In this document: one piece after another, positions 31,326 to 38,082 of the stretch
Numbering within the stretch: position 1 is the stretch's first letter
Layout of the letters: every line of letters begins with the position of its first letter
Source of the DNA: Pseudonocardiaceae bacterium
Lineage (GTDB): Bacteria > Actinomycetota > Actinomycetes > Mycobacteriales > Pseudonocardiaceae
NCBI GenBank assembly: GCA_036384655.1
Contig: DASVLX010000155.1
Span: forward strand, 10,110-74,109
Reading direction: 5' to 3'
DNA: 64,000 bases
Made by a program: the position numbers and the translations under genes
The notes under the pieces: model-generated
What the model was told of the DNA's origin: nothing
The model's database searches: none
Seen by the model: only the letters and a program-made list of their open reading frames with translations

Positions 31326-33449
31326 ATGGACGACATGGATGCGGAGCTGACCGACGACCCCAACCGCTGGCTGGAGGACGTCACCGGTGAGGACGCGCTC
31401 GCCTGGGTTCGGGAACGCAACGCGGAGACGGCGCGGCGGTTCGCCCAGACATCCCGGTACACCGCGCTGCGCGACGAGATCCGCGAGGTGCTGGACGCGG
31501 ATGACCGCATCCCCTATGTGACGCGCCGCGGCGCACACCTCTACAACTTCTGGCGGGACGCCGCGCATCCGCGCGGTCACTGGCGGCGCACCACGCTGGA
31601 CGAGTACCGGCGGCCGAACCCGAACTGGGAAGTGCTGCTGGACATCGACGAACTCGCCGCGGCCGAGGGTGAGAACTGGGTGTGGGAAGGTGCCCGCGTG
31701 CTGCGTCCGGAGTATCGGCGCGCGCTCGTCGAACTGTCCCGTGGCGGCGCCGACGCGACCGTGCTGCGCGAGTTCGACCTGGTGGAGAAGGCCTTCGTGG
31801 CCGACGGTTTCACGCTGCCCGAGGCCAAGAGCCAGGTGGGCTGGATCGACATCGACCGGATCTACGTCGGCACGGACTTCGGGCCTGGCTCGCTGACCTC
31901 CTCCGGTTATCCGCGAATCATGAAGGAATGGCGGCGCGGCACGCCACTCGCGGACGCGGAGACCGTTTTCGAGGGCAAGCCTGACGACGTCTCGGTCTAC
32001 GCCTACCACGATCCGACCGAGGGCTATGAGCGTGATTTCGCCGGCCGCAGCATCGATTTCTACCGCACCGAACGGTATTTCCGCACACCCGAGGGCGAGT
32101 TGCTGCGCCTGGACCTGCCCGAGGACATCGAACTGAGCACCCATCGGCAATGGCTGCTGGTCACCACCCGTTCGCCGTGGACGATCGAAGGCGTCAGCCA
32201 CCCGGCCGGAGTGCTGCTGGCCATCCGGTTCGATGATTTCCTCGCCGGCGACCGGCGCTTCGAGGTGCTCTTCACGCCCGACGAGCACACCTCGCTGAGC
32301 TATTTCGCGTGGACCAGCGACCATCTGATCATCAACGCGCTCTCCGATGTGCGCAGCGTGTTGACCGTGCTCACGCCCGGCCCGGACGGTTGGAGCCGTG
32401 CGCCGCTGGCGGGTGCGCCGGACTTCGCGAACACCGACATCGTCGACACCGATCCGGACGACAGCGACGAATACTTCCTGGTGTCCAGCGGTTACACGGA
32501 GCCGGCCACCCTGCGGTACGGGCATATCGGCACCGAGGCGGAAACGCTGAAGCGGGCGCCGAGTTTCTTCCGCACCGATGGCCTTTCCGTGCGACAGATG
32601 TTCGCCACCTCCGCGGACGGCACCAGGATTCCGTACTTCGTCGTCGGAGATCCCCGGTCCGAGCCGGCGCCCACGCTGCTGAACGGCTACGGCGGGTTCG
32701 AGATCTCCCTCACGCCCGGCTACAGCGGCACCATCGGGCGCGGCTGGCTCGCCCGTGGCGGCACCTATGTCGTCGCGAACATCCGTGGTGGCGGTGAATA
32801 CGGCCCGGACTGGCACCAGCGGGCGATCAAGGAGAACCGCCACAAGGTGTACGAGGACTTCGTGGCGGTCGCGACCGATCTGGTCGACCGTGGCATCACC
32901 ACGGTGCCGCTACTGGGCATTGAGGGTGGCAGCAACGGTGGACTGTTGATGGGCGTCATGCTCACCACGTATCCGGAGCGGTTCGGCGCGATCGTCTGCC
33001 AGGTGCCGCTGCTGGACATGCTGCGCTATCCGGAGTTGTTGGCCGGCGCGTCCTGGATGGCCGAGTACGGCGACCCGCGCGACGAGACCGCGTGGTCGTC
33101 CTATCTGCGGCCGTTCTCGCCGTACCACAATGTCGCGGATGTCAACGGGAAAAATGTCCACGGGGAAAATGTCCACAGGGAAAATGTCCACAGTGGCGTG
33201 AAGTACCCACCGACGCTGTTCATGACGTCCACACGGGATGATCGCGTGCATCCTGGCCACGCACGAAAGATGGTGGCCAGGATGCGGAGCCGCGGTCATG
33301 ACGATGTCTGGTACCACGAGAACATCGAGGGCGGCCACGGCGCGGCCAGCGACAATGCGCAGATGGCCGAGAAGTGGGCGCTGGTCTTCGAGTTCCTGTG
33401 GCAGACGCTGGGCGGGACCGAGCGGGGTGAGGCCGTCAGCGGCCGTTGA
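31326..33449 (+). CDS. S9-family prolyl oligopeptidase-like serine peptidase
   Basis: ATG at 31326. N-terminal beta-propeller region, then a catalytic domain with GGSNGGLL (Ser), TSTRDDRVHP (Asp) and IEGGHGAAS (His). Confidence 0.88.
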   Translation: MDDMDAELTDDPNRWLEDVTGEDALAWVRERNAETARRFAQTSRYTALRDEIREVLDADDRIPYVTRRGAHLYNFWRDAAHPRGHWRRTTLDEYRRPNPNWEVLLDIDELAAAEGENWVWEGARVLRPEYRRALVELSRGGADATVLREFDLVEKAFVADGFTLPEAKSQVGWIDIDRIYVGTDFGPGSLTSSGYPRIMKEWRRGTPLADAETVFEGKPDDVSVYAYHDPTEGYERDFAGRSIDFYRTERYFRTPEGELLRLDLPEDIELSTHRQWLLVTTRSPWTIEGVSHPAGVLLAIRFDDFLAGDRRFEVLFTPDEHTSLSYFAWTSDHLIINALSDVRSVLTVLTPGPDGWSRAPLAGAPDFANTDIVDTDPDDSDEYFLVSSGYTEPATLRYGHIGTEAETLKRAPSFFRTDGLSVRQMFATSADGTRIPYFVVGDPRSEPAPTLLNGYGGFEISLTPGYSGTIGRGWLARGGTYVVANIRGGGEYGPDWHQRAIKENRHKVYEDFVAVATDLVDRGITTVPLLGIEGGSNGGLLMGVMLTTYPERFGAIVCQVPLLDMLRYPELLAGASWMAEYGDPRDETAWSSYLRPFSPYHNVADVNGKNVHGENVHRENVHSGVKYPPTLFMTSTRDDRVHPGHARKMVARMRSRGHDDVWYHENIEGGHGAASDNAQMAEKWALVFEFLWQTLGGTERGEAVSGR
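33147..33191 (+). repeat. In-frame 3 x 15-bp tandem repeat inside the peptidase CDS, encoding GKNVH-GENVH-RENVH
   Basis: gggaaaaatgtccac ggggaaaatgtccac agggaaaatgtccac. Unusually AT-rich for this DNA. Each unit contains ATGTCCAC(G/A). Confidence 0.9.
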
Positions 33450-34560
33450 GCTCGGGCTTGCCGGCCGCGCTCTCCTCGATCGTCGAGTTCAGGCCCTTCT
33501 TGACGGTGTTGAGGATCGACAGGCCCTGGCTGACCAGGCCCGCCGCGATCTCGCCGAGACCGTCGGTGCCGTTCAGGATGTTCACGTTGGCGCCGGACAG
33601 TCCCTGGGATGCCTCGCGGACGATCTGCGGAAGCTGATCGATGATCATCCGGTCCAGGGCGACCCTGTCGTAGGACGCGGCCGCCTCGGCCTGGATGCGC
33701 ATCTTCTCCGCGTCCGCCTGCGCGAGCACCCGGACCCGCTCGGCCTCGGCCTCGGCCGGCTTGACCACCTCGGCGACCAGCTGCTGCTGGCGCAGTTCCG
33801 CCTGGCGCTGCGCCAGTTCGGTCTGAGCCGCGATCACCTCGCGGGTCGACTGCGCCTGGGCGAGCGGGCCGGCCTGGGAGGCCTCGGCCTGTGCCTTGTC
33901 CACCTCCGCCTTGTACTGGGCCTGCACGACGGCGGTCTCCCTGGCGTATTCGGCCTGGTTGCGCTGCGATTCCTGCTCGGCCTCGGCGGCCGCCTGGTTC
34001 GCCCGCGCCTGGGCGATCTGCGCCTCCCGCTGGATGGCGGCGTTGTGCGGGGCCGCCATCGCCGCGATGTAGCCGAGCTTCATATCGTCGATCGACTGGA
34101 TCTGCAGCGAGTCGACGGTGAGGCCGATCTTGGCCATCTCCTCCTTGGAACCGTCCAGCACCTCGGTCGCCAGCTTCTGGCGTTCGGTGACGATCTCCTC
34201 CACCGTCATCGAGCCGACGATCGACCGCAGGTGACCGGCGAAGATCCGGCCGGTGAGAATGGACATCTGGTCCTGATCGGACAGGAACCGCTGTGCGGCG
34301 TTGACGATGCTCTCCTCGTCGTTGCCCACCTTGAACGCGATCACCGCGCGTACGTTGAGCGAGATGCCCTGCTTGGTGACGCACACCTCGGCGACCTCGG
34401 ACTCACACATCGCCAGTGTCAGGAAGCGGACCTTGCGGAAGAACGGCAGAACGAACGCGCCGTGGCCGGTGACCACCCGAAACGGAGTGCCGTTGCGACC
34501 ACTCCGGCCTCCCGCGATGAGCATGGCTTGGTCCGGTGAGGGAACGCGATAGCCGAACAT
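33436..34560 (-). CDS. SPFH/flotillin-family protein
   Basis: N-terminal SPFH/band-7 domain (VVTGHGAFVLPFFRKV..., IAFKVGNDEESIVNAAQRFL) followed by an Ala/Glu/Gln-rich coiled coil typical of flotillins. Confidence 0.88.
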   Translation of the reverse strand: MFGYRVPSPDQAMLIAGGRSGRNGTPFRVVTGHGAFVLPFFRKVRFLTLAMCESEVAEVCVTKQGISLNVRAVIAFKVGNDEESIVNAAQRFLSDQDQMSILTGRIFAGHLRSIVGSMTVEEIVTERQKLATEVLDGSKEEMAKIGLTVDSLQIQSIDDMKLGYIAAMAAPHNAAIQREAQIAQARANQAAAEAEQESQRNQAEYARETAVVQAQYKAEVDKAQAEASQAGPLAQAQSTREVIAAQTELAQRQAELRQQQLVAEVVKPAEAEAERVRVLAQADAEKMRIQAEAAASYDRVALDRMIIDQLPQIVREASQGLSGANVNILNGTDGLGEIAAGLVSQGLSILNTVKKGLNSTIEESAAGKPELNGR

Positions 34561-34569
34561 GACTGTCTC

Positions 34570-34830
34570 CTAGTCGAAAGCTTGAATGTCCACGGTCGGG
34601 GGGCCGAACCACGCCACGACGTCGACCGTCCTGCTCCCCCGGGTGCCGATAACCAGTACGGTGCTGCCCTTCGCCAGGGGCTCGTCGGACCAGGCGAGAT
34701 ATGCCTCGGAGCCACCCCGGATCTTCACCAGCACCTCGCCCGCGCCGACAGCGCCGCGGGTACCGATGGTGAGCACACCAACACTGCCCACGACCGACTG
34801 ATCGCTCACCACCTGATCTTGACCTCTCAC
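34570..34830 (-). CDS. NfeD-like OB-fold protein (flotillin partner)
   Basis: 86 aa. GAGEVLVKIRGGSEAYLAWSDEPLAKGSTVLVIG resembles the NfeD C-terminal domain. It sits immediately upstream of the flotillin gene. Confidence 0.7.
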   Translation of the reverse strand: MRGQDQVVSDQSVVGSVGVLTIGTRGAVGAGEVLVKIRGGSEAYLAWSDEPLAKGSTVLVIGTRGSRTVDVVAWFGPPTVDIQAFD

Positions 34831-34957
34831 CTCTTGGCGTGATCAGTGCGCCAACCTACCCGTCGGGCGTGACCGGTGGGCCCAAAACACGGATACGCCT
34901 CGGCAACGGCCCACCGGCTCGTCCAGCACCCGAAGTACCACCCGACGCTACTCGGCG

Positions 34958-35293
34958 TCAGCCCAGGTCTCCGGCGTCTCGACCTCGGCCGATACCCCCG
35001 ACCCCGACAGCAGGAACTGCTTTGAGATCCCGCGAGGACCCGATGATCCAGTTCCGAAGTTGGTCGTCGTCGCTGTGGTCGATCATCTGGACCAGGTCCC
35101 GGTTCTCGCGGTGGTTCGGCGCGTCACGAAGATATTCGTGCCAGTCCCGCGCGTACTCCCGCAGCGCGTCGATCATCTCCAAAGTCGCGTCGCCAACCGT
35201 ATCGCCGTCGACCGCGATCGGCAGTCCCGGAATAAGGACGGAACAGCCGCCGGCCTCGGCGACGACTTCTACACACGGCAGGACGGCAGACAT
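34958..35293 (-). CDS. HicB-like (UPF0150-type) small protein, putative antitoxin or immunity component
   Basis: N-terminus CVEVVAEAGGCSVLIPGLPIAVDGDTVGDATLEMIDALREYARDW follows the HicB N-terminal pattern (GG-x-V-x-x-P-x-LP...GDT..eA...eAl). The Gly/Arg-rich C-terminal 30 aa lies in higher-G+C DNA. Confidence 0.5.
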   Translation of the reverse strand: MSAVLPCVEVVAEAGGCSVLIPGLPIAVDGDTVGDATLEMIDALREYARDWHEYLRDAPNHRENRDLVQMIDHSDDDQLRNWIIGSSRDLKAVPAVGVGGIGRGRDAGDLG

Positions 35294-35347
35294 GACATGG
35301 CCCCCAATAATGGTCGGACTACCAGTAGTTATGGATATATCAAGTGC

Positions 35348-36385
35348 CTATTCAGGCGTTGGCGGCGACAGGTGGTCCACATCGAGCTGCTCACTTCGAC
35401 GGTAGCGAGCAAGTGAGTACTCATCCTCGCTGACAAGTTCGCCTGCCACAAAACCGCCACGGACGGCGCCTACGATGGTGGCGTCGTTCCTGGCCGCTCC
35501 GCGCGGCGCGCAGCGCTGAGCCCACGCCTCAGCGAGAGCAAGCCACAGATGGTAACGCTCTACAGGGGAAGGCGACGTTGTCTGCCCTGAGGAATCCAAC
35601 TCAGCGGCGAACAGCCTGTTCGCGATGTCGCCCGACATACGGCGCAGTCCGCCGTCGGGCGTACGCAGCCAGGCTCTGAGGCTCTCCGGCACGTCGACCT
35701 GATCGTCCTCGTCAAGTTCCGGAAGAACTCCAGCGCGAACGATGACCGCCAGTGTCAGGTCGTACGGTGCCGCTGTCCAGCCACGTGCGGCCTCCACACG
35801 CATCTCGGCGATATGCCTCAGCGCTTGGGCTTCGCCAGCGGAGGCCTTGTGGTACTTTTCCGCGACAATGTCAGCGAGCGGAGCCAACCAAGGCACCACT
35901 TCGTCAGGAAAAGCGAACCGTCCAAACCTGCGTGCGACTCTGCGCCCAAAGGTTCGGACCGCCATATCATCCGGACCAAGACCAGACTTCTGCCAACAGC
36001 TGACAACCGATTCCTTGCGCAAGGTGCCAATGAAGTCGAGATCGACGAAGGCATCATCGCCAACAGCGGGAAGCGCTACATACCGCGGTCGTTTTCCCTT
36101 GGCTGCCTGCCGTCGAACATCGTCAGACAGACGAACAAGAGGGGCGGCTACAACCGTGAGCCGATCTGCCTGAACAATATCGCAGGTCTGCGACAACAGA
36201 GCGACTCCGTCTGGAGTGGCATACTGACACGGATTCCCATCCGCATCTATTATCAGCAGAGCAGGAATCCGGACAACATCGCCCTGGCGCCAGGTCTTGA
36301 GTTCCGACGCCACCTCGGGTGCTACTCGAAGCGGAGTGCCGCCGTGAGTCTCTGCCGAAGTACTGGGCACGGCAGGCTGGGTCAC
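35348..36385 (-). CDS. Hypothetical 345-aa protein, no recognisable domain (candidate effector of the island)
   Basis: Long ORF in the lower-G+C island. Start set at GTG 36385, which overlaps the upstream TGA as GTGA and is preceded by ggagga. The listed ORF begins at 36433. Confidence 0.6.
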   Translation of the reverse strand: MTQPAVPSTSAETHGGTPLRVAPEVASELKTWRQGDVVRIPALLIIDADGNPCQYATPDGVALLSQTCDIVQADRLTVVAAPLVRLSDDVRRQAAKGKRPRYVALPAVGDDAFVDLDFIGTLRKESVVSCWQKSGLGPDDMAVRTFGRRVARRFGRFAFPDEVVPWLAPLADIVAEKYHKASAGEAQALRHIAEMRVEAARGWTAAPYDLTLAVIVRAGVLPELDEDDQVDVPESLRAWLRTPDGGLRRMSGDIANRLFAAELDSSGQTTSPSPVERYHLWLALAEAWAQRCAPRGAARNDATIVGAVRGGFVAGELVSEDEYSLARYRRSEQLDVDHLSPPTPE

Positions 36386-37089
36386 ACTTCCTCCGAATCC
36401 CCCAGAGCGTGGAGCAACTCGGCCGAACTCCACGGCGTGCCAGCCACATCGTGCTCGCCGGACGCGTGCGCGGCACGCAATCGATCATAGAGACTCGTCC
36501 CAGTTTCCCGCGGGGTGAGGAGCGCTGCCCGGCGCTGGTCGGGTGTTCTTCCCGGCAGCCCGTCCACTACAGACACGAGTCGCGCGAGTTGTTCGTGATT
36601 CGCGGCGTTCATCCGTCCACCGGCTGCCCAAAGATGTACGGCGCGACGCGACACTCCAAACAACTTGGCAAGCTGCTCCCAGGTTAGTCCAGACTGACCC
36701 CTCAGCCGTCGCACAAGATCCGCAGGTACCACTGGCCGCGACGCATTCAGTTTGCGCGCCCACTCAGTGGACGGTTCTTGGTCAACCGACTCAGTCGACT
36801 GAAATCTTGGTTGTATGCCCGAAACCGCATATGAAGCAAGCCAATCAGTCTCACTACTGCCGAGCTCATCCCCAGTCCACCCGACGCGCCGAACCTGGTC
36901 ACGGTCCTGAGTAGCCGCCCAGGTAGGAGCCGGCATTGGGGTCGCTACCAGAGTTCCCGTGAACGATCCCGCAAGGACCACTCCAACAAGAGCGAACCGA
37001 GTAAGCAAACCTTGAGAAACCGGAGAATAGACGCCAAGGTCACGCGTGAAGATACGCGAAGTCGCCGACTCATCAGTAGAAGAACTCAC
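36382..37089 (-). CDS. XRE-family HTH protein with a predicted N-terminal transmembrane segment
   Basis: HTH segment LRGQSGLTWEQLAKLFGVSRRAVHLWAAGGRMN. Hydrophobic stretch LLTRFALVGVVLAGSFTGTLVA near the N-terminus. The GTG start at 37089 overlaps the upstream TGA (GTGA) and is preceded by ggaggtgag. Confidence 0.65.
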   Translation of the reverse strand: MSSSTDESATSRIFTRDLGVYSPVSQGLLTRFALVGVVLAGSFTGTLVATPMPAPTWAATQDRDQVRRVGWTGDELGSSETDWLASYAVSGIQPRFQSTESVDQEPSTEWARKLNASRPVVPADLVRRLRGQSGLTWEQLAKLFGVSRRAVHLWAAGGRMNAANHEQLARLVSVVDGLPGRTPDQRRAALLTPRETGTSLYDRLRAAHASGEHDVAGTPWSSAELLHALGDSEEV

Positions 37090-37901
37090 GTCTCACCTCC
37101 GAAGGCCGCGAGAAACTTCTCAGTTACCACCCAACGAAAATAACGATACGCATTCCCAGCAAGCTCGACCACAGTCGACGCGATGGCGTCCGCGTCAAAT
37201 TGCGATCTCTGCTCCACAAAACTGTCCAGATCGAGCATCCAGCTCCGGTCCGACAAGGCAGGCAGCGTAGGGTCAATCGCGGTGCCGGGTGGCAACAGTC
37301 CCCACTGAACGCGCAGCATCCGAGAACCAAACTGATACAGACACTCACTCATAGTATGAGCGAGCACTACACCTTCAGGACGAGGGACCGCAAGTCCCCC
37401 GAGGACCTCCGGTCGCACCAGCTCGTGAATCCTCAGCAAGATGTCCGAGTCTTGAATACTATTCGTGTATCGGACACCAAGACGTTCCACGAACGGTGGC
37501 GAGATAGTGTCGGACACCTCGTTCAGAACGGCGGCGAATCGCTTGGCGAAGTCCGCGCGAGATATGTACAGTCTAGCAGCCAATGACACAAAGGTTTCCC
37601 CGATTGTAACCTGCCATGCGTCATCGGCACTTCGCAGCAGCCAGAGTTTCGCACCGATTGTCTGCGATACTCCGTCAGGACCGACCGTGAACTGCGCTTC
37701 ATGACGCTCATTGAGGATCGGATAGGAGTCCCGTAGTCGTTCAACCACCAGCCCGACCGTAGAATCGATGTTCGGCGCGCTCATGGCGACGAGCTTGGGG
37801 AAGCGAACCTGTGCCAGGACGCGGATCAGCGGCGATCGGGCGAGGGGGATCTCGTCGATCGGTTCGGATCCGAATGGGCTGCTCAACGCGTCAGAAGACA
37901 C
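37086..37901 (-). CDS. TIGR04255-family protein (uncharacterised)
   Basis: 271 aa. The N-terminal IPLARSPLIRVLAQVRFP and the overall length match my recollection of the TIGR04255 family signature (aPL.eav.eirF). GTG start at 37901. Lowest G+C in the window (48-57% on spot lines). Confidence 0.6.
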   Translation of the reverse strand: MSSDALSSPFGSEPIDEIPLARSPLIRVLAQVRFPKLVAMSAPNIDSTVGLVVERLRDSYPILNERHEAQFTVGPDGVSQTIGAKLWLLRSADDAWQVTIGETFVSLAARLYISRADFAKRFAAVLNEVSDTISPPFVERLGVRYTNSIQDSDILLRIHELVRPEVLGGLAVPRPEGVVLAHTMSECLYQFGSRMLRVQWGLLPPGTAIDPTLPALSDRSWMLDLDSFVEQRSQFDADAIASTVVELAGNAYRYFRWVVTEKFLAAFGGET

Positions 37902-38010
37902 GCTTCACACTGTACTTCACAGTGCAGTAGAGAGCGAGACCCAGATCGGAGTAACCGAGCGGCCGCTTACAGCCTGAGCCGGTCGTGAGTGTCTACGCTG
38001 AGTGATCCTT

Positions 38011-38046
38011 GGAGGGCAGCTCGGCTTAGCCACCGAGCTGCCCTCC
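38011..38046. terminator. Strong hairpin separating nrdJ from the island
   Basis: Perfect 14-bp stem ggagggcagctcgg / ccgagctgccctcc with 8-nt loop, 37 nt downstream of the nrdJ stop. No U-tract. Confidence 0.7.
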
Positions 38047-38082
38047 GGACGCGCCGCTTCACCCACATGCGTGCGCTCGCCG

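Noticed and set aside
31137-32843. Upstream 568 codons of the 911-aa ORF 30108..32843(-)
   Set aside because: Only the last 343 codons (from ATG 31136) resemble DUF4192. The remainder is antisense to the peptidase gene, which has a complete Ser/Asp/His triad.
35813-36490. 225-aa plus-strand ORF inside the island
   Set aside because: It is antisense to the 345-aa gene and to the end of the HTH gene. The product is Arg/Ser/Cys-rich without structure-like periodicity. The minus-strand genes have SD-coupled starts.
34831-38010. Search for att-like direct repeats, terminal inverted repeats, an integrase or a tRNA at the island borders
   Set aside because: Comparing 34831-34957 with 37902-38010 by eye showed only trivial matches of 5-6 nt (gtgatc). 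No mobility gene is present, so the insertion mechanism stays undefined.
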